Assembly: GCA_034669905.1 (NCBI GenBank)
Contig: JAXMOL010000041.1
Coordinates: forward strand, 1-64,000
Length of the DNA: 64,000 nt
Reading direction: 5' to 3'
From: Candidatus Hydrogenedentota bacterium
GTDB taxonomy: Bacteria > Hydrogenedentota > Hydrogenedentia > Hydrogenedentales > JAEUWI01
How positions within the stretch are numbered: the first letter of the stretch is position 1; each line of letters opens with the position of its first letter. Under the pieces are notes generated by a model. That model worked only from the letters and a program-made list of their open reading frames with translations, was not told where the DNA came from and searched no databases. The translations under genes were made by a program, and so were the position numbers. Below are positions 54,260 through 64,000 of the stretch, piece after piece.

Positions 54260-56227
54260 TCAGGTTCGGATAACGCGCAGGAATTCTTCCGGAGTTACGA
54301 TGCCGTCTTTGACTTTCTGGCGGCAGCGCATGGCCATGGTCTTCAGCTTGGCGGCCTTCATGATCTGCTCCGTACCGGCTTCGTCGTTGATTAATTTCCG
54401 GATCGGCTCTGTGACCTCCAATACTTCGAAAATTCCTGTTCGCCCGCGGTTTCCCGTGTGATAACAGGTGTCACAGCCTTCGCCGCGATAGAGTTTCTTG
54501 GTCGTCGCCGGCAGTCCGAGTGATTTCAGCAGGGATCCGGCGGGTTTGAAGCTGGTCCGGCATTCGTCGCAAATGGTCCGCACGAGACGCTGCCCCACCA
54601 CCGCCGTCAGGGCACTGGAGATAAGGTACGCCGGGACATCCATATTCCGCAGGGTACTGATGGCTTCCGGGGCGTCATTGGTGTGCAGGGTGCTGAAGAC
54701 CAGGTGTCCGGTCATGGCCGCGCGAATCGCGATACGCGCAGTTTCAGAGTCCCGAATTTCACCGACGAGCAGGACATCGATATCCTGTCGCAGGGAAGCG
54801 CGGAGGGTATTGGCAAAGGTGAGGTCGATATCGTTGTCGATTTGGACCTGGTTAATGCCCGAAAGTTGGTATTCTACGGGGTCTTCAAGGGTCACGATAC
54901 TGTCGGTCATGACATTTTTCTGATTGAGGGCGGCGTAGAGACTGGTTGTTTTACCACTGCCCGTGGGGCCGGTGACGAGAATCATGCCGTAGGGCTTTTC
55001 AATGACCTTGATAAAGAGCTTCTCATCTTCGGGTTCCAGGCCCAGATCGCGGACCCCCGACAGGATGGAGGTTTGATCCAGAAGACGCAATACGATACGT
55101 TCGCCGAGGTAGGTCGGAAGACTGGCCACCCGCACGTCGAATTCCTGTTCACCCACTTCCATACTGATATGGCCATCCTGGGGGTGCCGGGTATCGGTAA
55201 TGTCGAGTTCGGCGATGATTTTGATGCGGGAGATGACCGCGGCTTCCATTTCCTGGGGGATACTGAGAATATCGTGGAGGACGCCATCGATGCGGTAGCG
55301 GACCCGCATTTCGGGTTCGTGGGGATCGAGGTGCACATCGGTAGCCCCAGAGTTAACCGCGCCTTCAATGATCGTGGTTACCATTTGGATGACGGAACTA
55401 CCCGATGCGGCCCGTGCAATACTCTCAAATCGCGCCATTTCGCGCTCTTCTCCAACTTCGTAGTCTTCCACATCACTCACGTCATCGTTCTCCGTAGTGT
55501 TAGAATGTTCAATGATTGCTGAGGTTTCAATGGTTTCGGCAATATCCACGACCTTTTTCGTGGCTTTGGCGGGGGGGGCCTCGTTCGCATCGTTTACCTG
55601 GGCATATCGGGTCGCCAGCTCGGCAGACAGGTCCGGGCAGGCGGTAATACTGGCATGAATTCGTTTGCCCAGGATAAGGGCCGCATTCTCCAGCTTTCCC
55701 AGGGCCTGGGGACTGGTGATGAGTACGTCGAGGCGGTCGCTCACCAGCGCAATGGGAATCAACTCATATTTCCGGGCCACACTCTGGGGAATGGCTTCCA
55801 GGGCCAGTCGTTGACTCGGCGACTTTTGCAGGTCTACATAGGGAATGTTGTGCTGGAGACTGAAGGCCTGGGCCACGTGCTCTCGTTCTACATACCCATT
55901 ATCGACGAGGATACTGCCCAAAAGGCGCCCGCTTCGCTTCTGCTGGGCCAAGACCTCGGCCAACTGGTCACGGGACAGAACCCCCATCTCGACCAGGGCC
56001 TCCCCCAGGCTGGTGTCGACGGCACGGGTGGCGGTACTGTGAAACTCGTAGCGCAGGAGCTCTTCAATCGCGCCAAAAGAAACTTTGCGCTGTTTCACGA
56101 GGAGCTTGTACCACGGTGTTCCCGTGTCGGCTTCGGCCTCTTTGGCCCGTTCCAGGTCATCCCGCGTGATGAGGTCCTGCTTTACCAGGTTTTCACCGAT
56201 ACTGATGCTTCGCTTGCGCGCACACAT
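54260..56227 (-). CDS. GspE/PulE/PilB-family secretion or pilus ATPase with MshEN-like N-terminus
   Basis: RYRIDGVL, GPTGSGKTT, LEDPVE, LRQDIDVLLVGEIRD, STLHTN, CxxC...CxxC; start ATG 56227 with GGGAGA RBS. Confidence 0.92.
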   Translation of the reverse strand: MCARKRSISIGENLVKQDLITRDDLERAKEAEADTGTPWYKLLVKQRKVSFGAIEELLRYEFHSTATRAVDTSLGEALVEMGVLSRDQLAEVLAQQKRSGRLLGSILVDNGYVEREHVAQAFSLQHNIPYVDLQKSPSQRLALEAIPQSVARKYELIPIALVSDRLDVLITSPQALGKLENAALILGKRIHASITACPDLSAELATRYAQVNDANEAPPAKATKKVVDIAETIETSAIIEHSNTTENDDVSDVEDYEVGEEREMARFESIARAASGSSVIQMVTTIIEGAVNSGATDVHLDPHEPEMRVRYRIDGVLHDILSIPQEMEAAVISRIKIIAELDITDTRHPQDGHISMEVGEQEFDVRVASLPTYLGERIVLRLLDQTSILSGVRDLGLEPEDEKLFIKVIEKPYGMILVTGPTGSGKTTSLYAALNQKNVMTDSIVTLEDPVEYQLSGINQVQIDNDIDLTFANTLRASLRQDIDVLLVGEIRDSETARIAIRAAMTGHLVFSTLHTNDAPEAISTLRNMDVPAYLISSALTAVVGQRLVRTICDECRTSFKPAGSLLKSLGLPATTKKLYRGEGCDTCYHTGNRGRTGIFEVLEVTEPIRKLINDEAGTEQIMKAAKLKTMAMRCRQKVKDGIVTPEEFLRVIRT

Positions 56228-56480
56228 GTTTGATGGTCTCTCCCAACCCGTTATAACGCCGGAATTCATTATAGTAGGACCATGAATGGATCGCAAAGTG
56301 CTATTTTTGACAATCCCTACCCAGCCCGGACCTTCGTCGATGTGTTCCACATCATCGGCCATTCTCGTGTGTTTTGCAAGTGTTTTGTTGTGTCAGGACT
56401 TGGTCTTGACGAGGTAGGGGCTGTATTATCGGTGGAGGCCGTGCCCTTTCCACGGGGTGACAATGGATATAGAGGACAAC

Positions 56481-57677
56481 ATGGAAACACCTGAACACGA
56501 AGCCGAAAAGACCGAAGTTGCCGAGACCGTTCCCCCCGTAAACTATGTTCAACTGGCGGGAAGTCTACTCATCGTCTTGCTGATAGGGACGAACCTGCTC
56601 ACCTGGGCCTACTATCGTAACGAGGCACGGATGACATCCACTTCCACGGTTGGCCATTCGCCTGTCCCTGCGGTGGAATCCACCCCGCGGCCCCCCCATC
56701 GCCCAGAGGCTATGGTGGCCGTCAACGAGACACCCCGAAAAACAGACTTTGCCATTACGAATGCCCACGATCATCTCTATATGCTGAAGCATCTGGACAA
56801 GTATATGAAGGCGGCGGAGAGCTTTGGTATTGAGCGAACCGTCTTTGTAGCCAGCTCGGAATTCACCTTTATGGGTACCTCCGGCGATATGACCAAGCTC
56901 AATGACTGGAGCACGCGGGAAATCCTGAAGGCGGCAAAGAAGTATCCGGGCAAGATTATTCCCTTTGCTACCTTGCACCCGGATGATCCGGACAAGGTGG
57001 CACTGCTGAAGGAGTATGTGGCGGAAGGGGTGATGGGCCTCAAGCTCTACACGGGCCACAGCAATTTTCACGATCGGTCGCTTGATGTACCGGAAATGGA
57101 CCCCGTGTATGCCTATTGTGCCGAGACAGGATTACCTTTGCTCTGGCACGTGAACATGGCCAAATACACCAAAGAGCTCTTCCAGGTACTCGATAAGTAC
57201 CCCAATCTCACCGTGATCATTCCCCATCTCGGCGTGGGATTCTGGCGGCCCGATGGCCAGGTCATGGGTGAGGTGGAGCACATGCTGGCCACCTACCCCA
57301 ATACCTACGTGGACACCAGCTTTGGTACGCGGGAGATTCTCGTGGGTGGCCTGGAAAAGGTCACGGCCTACACGGATATCTTTAAAGACTTTTATGAACG
57401 GCACCAGGACCGTATTGTGTGGGGCACCGATATGGTGGTGACGGGCAATAAGGAAAAGACGGAAGCGTGGGTGAAGTCCGTCATTCGCGCTTGTCGTGAC
57501 CTCCACGAAAAAGATGTCTATACCTTCTGGATGGCGGCGGAAGGTTCCGGGTATGCCTATGGCCGGGGCGACAACACCTATGGCACCCTGCGGGGCCTGA
57601 ACCTGCCGGACAGCATCTTGAAGAAGATCTACGAGACCAACATAGACAAGGTGTTGGCGGCGGTCGAGAAAAAGTAG
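56481..57677 (+). CDS. Membrane-anchored amidohydrolase_2-family metallohydrolase
   Basis: NAHDH, GLKLY, LLWH, IPHLG, WGTD; N-terminal TM helix. Confidence 0.85.
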   Translation: METPEHEAEKTEVAETVPPVNYVQLAGSLLIVLLIGTNLLTWAYYRNEARMTSTSTVGHSPVPAVESTPRPPHRPEAMVAVNETPRKTDFAITNAHDHLYMLKHLDKYMKAAESFGIERTVFVASSEFTFMGTSGDMTKLNDWSTREILKAAKKYPGKIIPFATLHPDDPDKVALLKEYVAEGVMGLKLYTGHSNFHDRSLDVPEMDPVYAYCAETGLPLLWHVNMAKYTKELFQVLDKYPNLTVIIPHLGVGFWRPDGQVMGEVEHMLATYPNTYVDTSFGTREILVGGLEKVTAYTDIFKDFYERHQDRIVWGTDMVVTGNKEKTEAWVKSVIRACRDLHEKDVYTFWMAAEGSGYAYGRGDNTYGTLRGLNLPDSILKKIYETNIDKVLAAVEKK

Positions 57678-57690
57678 GATCGTGATCAGG

Positions 57691-58671
57691 TTATGAACCG
57701 GAATCTTCACTTGTGCGCGTTTGCAGGGGCTCTTTGAAGGTAAGCGTGCGGTAGGGAAAGGGAATTTCGATACCCGCTTCGTCAAGCGCCCGTTTCACCG
57801 CGGCGATGATTTCATCCCGTGATTTTCGGATGTCCAGGGGCGTGGGGCCCGCCCACCAGGTGACTTCAAAGTTGATGCTGCTGTCGGCGAATTCCCGGGC
57901 GAAGATCTCGATGGGTTTGTTGGTGTGCACCGTGGCGCACCCTTCCACCGCTTTCCGAATAACCTCGCGCGAGGCGTCCACATCTTCGTCGTAAGCAATC
58001 CCAGCGATTACCGTGATCCGGCGATCACCCCAATTGGTCAACACGTCTACGGGGTTCTTGAAGATGGTCGCATTGGGCACCACCACCAGCTCGCCCGATA
58101 CCCGTCGGATCAGGGTGTTGCGAATGGTGATGTCCTCCACCTTCCCCGTGATCCCCTCGCATTCGATAAAGTCCCCATTTTCAAAGGGGAAGCGCCAGAG
58201 GATTAGAATACCCGCGAAAAAGTTTTCGAAGATGTCCTTGAAGGCGAAGCCAATAGCGACAGAGCCAAGGCCGAGGCCCGCCAGCGCCCGGGCGGGGGTC
58301 AGGCCGGGGAACACGATCATGGCGGCGACCACGAGGCCGAGGCACCAGATACCAATGAGCAACAGGCGCTGAATCAGGTCGCGCAAGGAGCCCCGTAATT
58401 TTGTTCGCCCCAGGAGCCGGTCGGAGAATTTTGTGAAGGCCCAGGCGGCCAACCAGGTGAGCAGCAGAATCACGGCTCCGGCAACGAGGAGCGGCAGGTG
58501 CTCGAGAAAATCGCGGCTGATGTCGACGACGGTGCGGAGTATGGAATTCACCGTTACTTCGGCGGCATTCTCCGCGAAGTCGGTACTCTGCGCGGCGGCC
58601 CTGGTACCAGTCAGCGTGAGAAGAATAGTGGCCCCCAACAAAGTCAGGTGTCCCCAGTTCGTGCGGGTCAT
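57691..58671 (-). CDS. mscS: Small-conductance mechanosensitive channel (MscS family)
   Basis: GFAFKDIFENFFAG, PFENGD, VVVPN, FADSSINF, GIEIPFP. Confidence 0.9.
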   Translation of the reverse strand: MTRTNWGHLTLLGATILLTLTGTRAAAQSTDFAENAAEVTVNSILRTVVDISRDFLEHLPLLVAGAVILLLTWLAAWAFTKFSDRLLGRTKLRGSLRDLIQRLLLIGIWCLGLVVAAMIVFPGLTPARALAGLGLGSVAIGFAFKDIFENFFAGILILWRFPFENGDFIECEGITGKVEDITIRNTLIRRVSGELVVVPNATIFKNPVDVLTNWGDRRITVIAGIAYDEDVDASREVIRKAVEGCATVHTNKPIEIFAREFADSSINFEVTWWAGPTPLDIRKSRDEIIAAVKRALDEAGIEIPFPYRTLTFKEPLQTRTSEDSGS

Positions 58672-58769
58672 CGTCGTGTTCCTTTCACGGCTGCATGCCA
58701 TCATCTCGCCCGTTCATCTTAGACGCAAGTACACCAAGAAGCCAAGGAGTGCCCTTTGGTGAAGGCCCA

Positions 58770-60071
58770 CTACGGTGCGGGGAGAGCCGTCATTTTTGCC
58801 GCCAGCGTCGCCCCTTCCTCAAGGAAGACTTCGCCCAACCCATCGCCGTAGAAGGAGGCGGTTACTTCATAACCACTCAGGTGATACTCGTCTTTGGTGA
58901 GAATATAGCCGATGTGATCGTTGGTGCAGGCGACGATAACGGGGTGTGCACTGCCTCCCTCGCGGAGAGACTGCTTGATGGCGAGCCCGATGGCGGTGAT
59001 GGGTTCACCGGGGATGGTGATAAGGTGGAAGTCGTTGATCTGCAAACCGTAGAGCGGGGTGGCATCGGGAAAGAGTACCTGGAGCGCCACGCCCAATTGT
59101 TCCTCGGTCACCTGGTACTCGTCGCCCGCAATTTTAAGAAAATCCGGCGCAGGCTTCCGTTCGGGCAGATTGACCGTGTGGTTGTGGAGGGCGAATTGAT
59201 TTACGGGACCCGTGTGAATGGCGCCAGCCAGGTTAGCGGCTGCCATGGCGACACGACGGCCATATTGCTCCGCCATCTCGAAGCGGCTCCCGCCCGTGTA
59301 ACCCCGGGGTGCCACATCGCCTTCGGACCCATTGGTGTAGATACAGGTGACATCATGGCCTACCAGGTCTTCTACGGTGCGCTGCATGACACCGGCCCAT
59401 CCGCCAGAGATTTCCATGATCTTTTCCGTCATGATGGTGCCGTGGGCGGTGTAGTTGACCAAGAGGGCCAGGGGCGTTCCGTTGGCGCGGTCAAGGCGGA
59501 CGATGGTCATGTCTTCATCGGTGGGTGCGCCGTCGTGGCGGCGGTTGCGGTTCATACCACGGAGGGGCACCACGCCCGTACCTGCGGTTACCGGCTCCAG
59601 GCGGCCATGGGCTTCCTTCAAGGCCGCCGCGACCCGATCCGAAACAAACTGAAGGACCTCTTCGCTGAAGATACCGATGTGGGGATTGCCCAGGACGTTG
59701 TTCCGATCCATGGACATGCCCTCGAGTCCCGCGTGATCGTGGCTGGCGGCCATGATGACCGAGTCGTAGGTGAGCCCCGGGATATTGGCCTTACGGACCG
59801 TTTCTTCGACCAGCGAGCGGGGTGTGGTGCAGATATCGAGGCCCACCAGCGCAGCGAGGGTGTCGTCCGATTGCATGACGACGACCTTGGCATAGATGGT
59901 GTCGTGGATACCGGTGGCCGGGATGCCGTTACGTTCTCCGTAGCCGCCGAGCTGGGTGGGGATGCCGGCTTCGAGGGGGGTAATGCTGGCCCGTGCACAA
60001 CCGGCCTGGAACTCGGCAGTGGCGGTCGTGGTGACGAGGAGCAGGCTTAGACAGAGGGTGATTCGACGCAT
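58770..60071 (-). CDS. Neutral/alkaline-ceramidase-like secreted hydrolase
   Basis: Signal peptide; LGGYG, GIHD, ASHDHAG, NYTAHGT, NGSEGDV, IPGEP. Confidence 0.8.
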   Translation of the reverse strand: MRRITLCLSLLLVTTTATAEFQAGCARASITPLEAGIPTQLGGYGERNGIPATGIHDTIYAKVVVMQSDDTLAALVGLDICTTPRSLVEETVRKANIPGLTYDSVIMAASHDHAGLEGMSMDRNNVLGNPHIGIFSEEVLQFVSDRVAAALKEAHGRLEPVTAGTGVVPLRGMNRNRRHDGAPTDEDMTIVRLDRANGTPLALLVNYTAHGTIMTEKIMEISGGWAGVMQRTVEDLVGHDVTCIYTNGSEGDVAPRGYTGGSRFEMAEQYGRRVAMAAANLAGAIHTGPVNQFALHNHTVNLPERKPAPDFLKIAGDEYQVTEEQLGVALQVLFPDATPLYGLQINDFHLITIPGEPITAIGLAIKQSLREGGSAHPVIVACTNDHIGYILTKDEYHLSGYEVTASFYGDGLGEVFLEEGATLAAKMTALPAP

Positions 60072-60149
60072 GGGGCGGGTCTCCTTTCAGGGAACGGTAA
60101 GGTCTCTTGGTATTAGAGCATAGACCGGGGCGGGCTGTCGCGGGTGTCG

Positions 60150-60995
60150 TTTGGGGACTGCACCGACGTCATGTCGAGCACCGAGCGTGGTGAACGTTTT
60201 GGCGGAATGGGGTTTGGTGACTACGGGTGATGTACGTGGACGTCGGGGCTGTCCTCCTCTCCCTCCCGTGTCTTTTAGTTCAGCGGCGTGGGTATGTTTG
60301 CAGGTAGCCCGATTCACCCACAAGCATCCCCCGCTTCGCTCCTCCGCTTGAGGGTGGCACCCCCGCGTTTTTTGTATGGCCTACTGGTTGGCGTGGATGG
60401 GTTTATTCGTGACGTCGGTGCAGTCCCCGGGGACTGCCTCGACGTCACGTCGAGCACCGAGCGTGGTGAACGTTTTGGCGGAATGGGAATTGGTAGCTAT
60501 AGGTGGAGCACGTGGAAGTCGGGGCCGTCCCCCTCTGCTGGGGCGTGGGTGCGATTGCAGGTAGCCCTATTCACCCACACGCATCCCCCGGCCCAAGAAT
60601 GGATGGTGGCCCTTTGGAGTGCGTAAGCTTGCTTACGCTCTTTCAAAGTGAGCTTGCTCACGGCATAGGCTGTGTGCACGGCAGCTCAAGGCCCGTGCAG
60701 GGGTGGGGAGCAAGCTCCCCGGGGGAAAAGCGGCAGCAAGCTGCCGCACTCCAAGGAGTTGTCTTTCCCAACGGGGCTTCCCCGGAATTGGGGCCGTCCC
60801 CCGCTCCCGAGCGATCGTTGCACCCATAAGGCCGTTCGTACCTCACGTCCGTATAGGTGGCACCCGTGTGGAGAGTGAGGTGCATTTTGGAAGGGGGACA
60901 GCCCCGACTAGTGCGCGCTCGTGTCTGGGCGACGATGTGGATGTAGCCCGCGGGCTGTTGTGTGTGGGTTTATTCGTGACGTCGGTGCAGTCCCC
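60150..60995. repeat. Mosaic of three palindromic REP-like families
   Basis: ~100-bp elements at 60154-60254, 60430-60530 and 60896-60994 (-); CCGCTTGAGGGTGGCACCCC at ~60344; TTGGAGTGCG...CGCACTCCAA at ~60613-60754. Confidence 0.8.
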
Positions 60996-61028
60996 AAAAA
61001 AAATCGCCCCTCCGGGGGGAGGGACGAT
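60996..61028 (-). terminator. Rho-independent terminator of the glycine-zipper gene
   Basis: Minus strand ATCGTCCCTCC-CCCC-GGAGGGGCGAT followed by a T run. Confidence 0.8.
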
Positions 61029-61056
61029 GTACAGATTCCGAGCGATATTTGCCGTC

Positions 61057-61656
61057 TTATTGCACGGTGAATTCGGCAGTACCGAAGATGGTCGACTTGT
61101 CCGTCTGCACCTTTTGTACGAGGGAGTATTGACCGGGTTTCAGATTCGATGGCAGCTTCACCTGCTGGGTCGTGATCCAGGTTCCGTCTTGCCGGGTGAA
61201 GGTCTTGGAGGAGATGTCCGAAATGAGCTTTTCGCCCCGGAGCAAGCGTCGGGTTTCGACCACCTGGGTGTTGCCCGTGCTACCGATAATCGCGTACTGG
61301 AGGGACGCAGTAATGGTCGATCCCGGTGACACCACATCGGGGCTGACGAAGTATTCTTCGATAGAGAGTACTTCTCCCTGGCTGGGCTGATAGTTGTAGG
61401 TTTGCACCGTCTGTTCCCGGCTCTTGGCCCGGTCGGCTTTCACATCGTGGACGAACCAGCCGGTGAGACCGCCTGCGGCGGCACCGATGGCGGCGCCTTC
61501 GAGGGCATGGCCAGATTGGTGACCAATAATGGCCCCGGCCACACCACCGATAGTGGCGCCGAGTCCAGCGGACTGTCCGGTTGTTTCGCAGCCGATGAGG
61601 GTCAGCATAAGGCACGTGGCGAGGACACCCGTGATCCATCGTTTCATTGTAGACAT
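61057..61656 (-). CDS. Glycine-zipper lipoprotein
   Basis: Lipobox LIGC; GATIGGVAGAIIG...GAAIGAAAGG; beta-rich C-terminal domain. Confidence 0.8.
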   Translation of the reverse strand: MSTMKRWITGVLATCLMLTLIGCETTGQSAGLGATIGGVAGAIIGHQSGHALEGAAIGAAAGGLTGWFVHDVKADRAKSREQTVQTYNYQPSQGEVLSIEEYFVSPDVVSPGSTITASLQYAIIGSTGNTQVVETRRLLRGEKLISDISSKTFTRQDGTWITTQQVKLPSNLKPGQYSLVQKVQTDKSTIFGTAEFTVQ

Positions 61657-61809
61657 GGTAATTCTTCTCTCCATGGTTATGGAATCGTAGGCCAGGTGAC
61701 CGAAACACGCGGTCACCATCCGTGCAGTATTCCAGATGCACGGATTCCATGGCAAACGTTCACCAGACCAGACGCGTTGACAGGGAATTTATTCACGAAA
61801 CCGGGAAAA

Positions 61810-63666
61810 TCAGCGTAAGACCTTGCGGCGCAGGCGTTCATAGCGGGTCCAGAAGGCCCGCAAATCCTCCAGGACGGTGTCAGGAAGGGTAAGTACGGAG
61901 TAGGTCCCGGCGACATAGAGGTGGGTCAGGGTGTGGGCTTCGGCCTCGATTTCGGCGATAGGCTCGGGCAGGGCCTCGAGGAATTCGAAGGGGGTCTGAT
62001 CCTCCTCCCGGGGCACACCGAGGTCGTAGGCCAGGGCGCAGAGGGCATCGTAGCTGTATTGGATCTTTTCCCGGAGGGACAGGGGGCCGTTGAGGGGGTT
62101 CTGGTATTGGGCACAGGTCGCGATGTCCCGGTCGATCCGGACCTTGGCACGCCGGGGTTTCCGATTGGGTACATAGGTCAGGCGGCGGAAGAGGCGGGCC
62201 AGCCGTTGGAAGAGGCTGCGAAACCGGCCGCCGCGATGGGAGGCCTTTCCGAAAAAATGAGCCGCGGCCTGCAACATCAGGTAGAGCACGAAGAGCCCTA
62301 CGATGGCCAGCACCCCATACCCGAGCCACTTCAAGGCCGGGATGGTGTTCATGAGTTCGTTCATGGGAATTTCGGCCGCCGGGGGTTTGGGGGGATTGCC
62401 TCCCGCGGTGGATTCTGCACCTTGTGGTGTCTCCCCTGTTCCTTGTTCGCCCTGCTCCTGGCCGGTGTCCTGGCCACCCTGCTGCTCCTGTCCCTCTTGT
62501 CCCTCCTGGGAGCCCTGTTCCCCGCCCTGACCCTGTTGATGGTCTTCATTTCCGCTATGGGGGCCTTCGGGGGCCTTGGGGTCCTCCTGGCCCGCACCCG
62601 CTCCCCCATCGGAGCCTTCCCCGGGATTCGCCCCTTCCTCGGGACGGGACTGGGTGCCCTCCCCTTCCCGTTCATGCTCGTGGTAGTCCCAGCGATCCGA
62701 TGCCGTGCCGCCAGTCGTGCTGTAGCTTCGTGTCAGGTGTTGGGCGCGCTCCGGGGTGGTGGGAACGGGACCCCAGAGTCCGACAAAAAAAACCAGGGCC
62801 ACCATGAAGGTGCCGAGGCCAAGCCAGAAGGCGGCGATGCTCGTCGGGAAGGTGATATTACGGCGCTGGCAATAGACCCGGAGTCCCCGGTAGCTGGAGA
62901 GGAGCAAGAGCATGAGCATGGAAGCTGTGTAGGTGCCCACGTAGACGCTGCCCGCCGATTCGAGGAAGCTTCCCCCCTGGGGCAGGATTCGTTGCCCGGC
63001 AGCGAGTATGGCGAGGATGGGCAGGGCCAGGTAGAAGAGGGCGTGGGCGGGGTGTTTTCGTGGTGGGCGCTTCATGTTGTGCCCTGGAGACGGGGCGTCG
63101 GCGTCGTGATCCGGCACGGGGGGCGGCGTTTTCGGGCGGCGCCAACGGCTGCGGAGGATGCCTTCGTCGCCGTAGCGGCTGCTGGTGTCCACGCAGCAAT
63201 CGCGGGTCAGGCGGTCGGTGACCTTCCAGAGAATGACGACGACGCTGATGTTGAAGCAGAGGGACAGGAGCATGTTGGGCAAATAGCCTCCGGCCACGCC
63301 GCCACCCTTCAGTTGAGAGAGGAGGGTGAACACGCCGACCGCCATGGCCAGCCCACCGATGTAGACGGCCGAATCGGCGAGACCGCGCTCGGCCTTGAGG
63401 CGGTTGAGGGCCACAACACCGAGGACGAAGAAGAACGCGAAGGCCCGCATGTTGATGTCGAGGCGTTCGGTGTAGACGAAACGGATGTCGAGGAGAAACC
63501 ACGTGACGGAAAGCATCATGGTGAAGATCATGATGGGAATGAGGGCGTCTACCGCGTAATCCGAGAGGCTGCGTGTCTCGGGGTCCGGAAGGGCGACCTC
63601 GGGCAGCGAAGCTGTGGACCGGAGGGAAGCGAGATCCGTCGCGTTGGTGGTGTCCCGGTGATCCAT
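61810..63666 (-). CDS. Multi-pass membrane protein with low-complexity G/E/Q linker and C-terminal DUF4129-like domain
   Basis: Several TM helices; GVPREEDQTPFEF...LTHLYVAGTYS. Confidence 0.75.
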   Translation of the reverse strand: MDHRDTTNATDLASLRSTASLPEVALPDPETRSLSDYAVDALIPIMIFTMMLSVTWFLLDIRFVYTERLDINMRAFAFFFVLGVVALNRLKAERGLADSAVYIGGLAMAVGVFTLLSQLKGGGVAGGYLPNMLLSLCFNISVVVILWKVTDRLTRDCCVDTSSRYGDEGILRSRWRRPKTPPPVPDHDADAPSPGHNMKRPPRKHPAHALFYLALPILAILAAGQRILPQGGSFLESAGSVYVGTYTASMLMLLLLSSYRGLRVYCQRRNITFPTSIAAFWLGLGTFMVALVFFVGLWGPVPTTPERAQHLTRSYSTTGGTASDRWDYHEHEREGEGTQSRPEEGANPGEGSDGGAGAGQEDPKAPEGPHSGNEDHQQGQGGEQGSQEGQEGQEQQGGQDTGQEQGEQGTGETPQGAESTAGGNPPKPPAAEIPMNELMNTIPALKWLGYGVLAIVGLFVLYLMLQAAAHFFGKASHRGGRFRSLFQRLARLFRRLTYVPNRKPRRAKVRIDRDIATCAQYQNPLNGPLSLREKIQYSYDALCALAYDLGVPREEDQTPFEFLEALPEPIAEIEAEAHTLTHLYVAGTYSVLTLPDTVLEDLRAFWTRYERLRRKVLR

Positions 63667-63807
63667 GATGGCCCCTGCGTTGTATACCGAAGGTTATCGG
63701 TTGGTTGTAGCAGGTTGGGGGCGGCGGTGTCTATACGGGGGGTAGTAAGGCTTGTGGCGAATAGTACGGATCTCCGTCGTATCGTCGGTGCCTTTCGAGC
63801 GCAGTGC

Positions 63808-63901
63808 CGGGTGCCACCTTCAAGCGGAGGAGCGCAGCGGGGGAAGCTCAGACACCCACAAGCGCTGCGGCGAGGCCGCACCGCTTGAGGGTGGCACCCC
63901 T
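63808..63901. repeat. GGGTGCCACC...GGTGGCACCC palindromic element
   Basis: Inverted arms GGGTGCCACCTTCAAGCGG / CCGCTTGAGGGTGGCACCC; same family at ~60326-60364. Confidence 0.75.
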
Positions 63902-64000
63902 CGTTTCGCTTCTTAACCGAAGTGCCCGGGAGCAAACGACGGGACATCCACGCCCTCGCGTAAAAACGTCAGGGGAAGTCCGTAGCCGGTATCACTAACT

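Noticed and set aside
61921..63888. 655-aa plus-strand ORF (likewise 58695-60050, 50856-52202 and 5906-7378)
   Set aside because: Antisense shadows of genes with clearer family motifs.

Overview
A GC-rich bacterial chromosomal window. The gene content (many secreted beta-propeller and Ig-repeat proteins, a Tat-exported Gfo/Idh/MocA enzyme, zinc-ribbon proteins) resembles Planctomycetota or Hydrogenedentota; that taxonomic impression is inference only. From left to right: (i) a visibly lower-GC single-gene cassette encoding an SF2 helicase fused to a putative PD-(D/E)XK nuclease, bracketed by direct repeats; (ii) a GntR-divergent cluster of kdsB, a deoxyhypusine-synthase-like protein, a sialidase-like protein and a propeller/toroid protein; (iii) small exported proteins and a vapBC module flanked by a ~420-bp direct duplication that includes a second copy of the neighbouring gene's 3' end; (iv) a ~20.4-kb gene for a ~6800-aa surface protein with about 46 Ig-like repeats, preceded by a stand-alone paralogue of its N-terminal domain; (v) zinc-ribbon proteins, GH9, LOG, an MFS/spermidine-synthase fusion and an oxidoreductase; (vi) dnaN between two DnaA-box clusters (probable oriC) with no dnaA in the window; (vii) a PilB/GspE ATPase, amidohydrolase, MscS, ceramidase-like, glycine-zipper and DUF4129-like genes. 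Intergenic regions carry several palindromic repeat families, chiefly a ~100-bp element (GGGACTGC...GCYGTMC ends) in about 10 copies. No rRNA, tRNA, CRISPR array, integrase or transposase was seen. All calls come from reading motifs by eye; no database searches were run.
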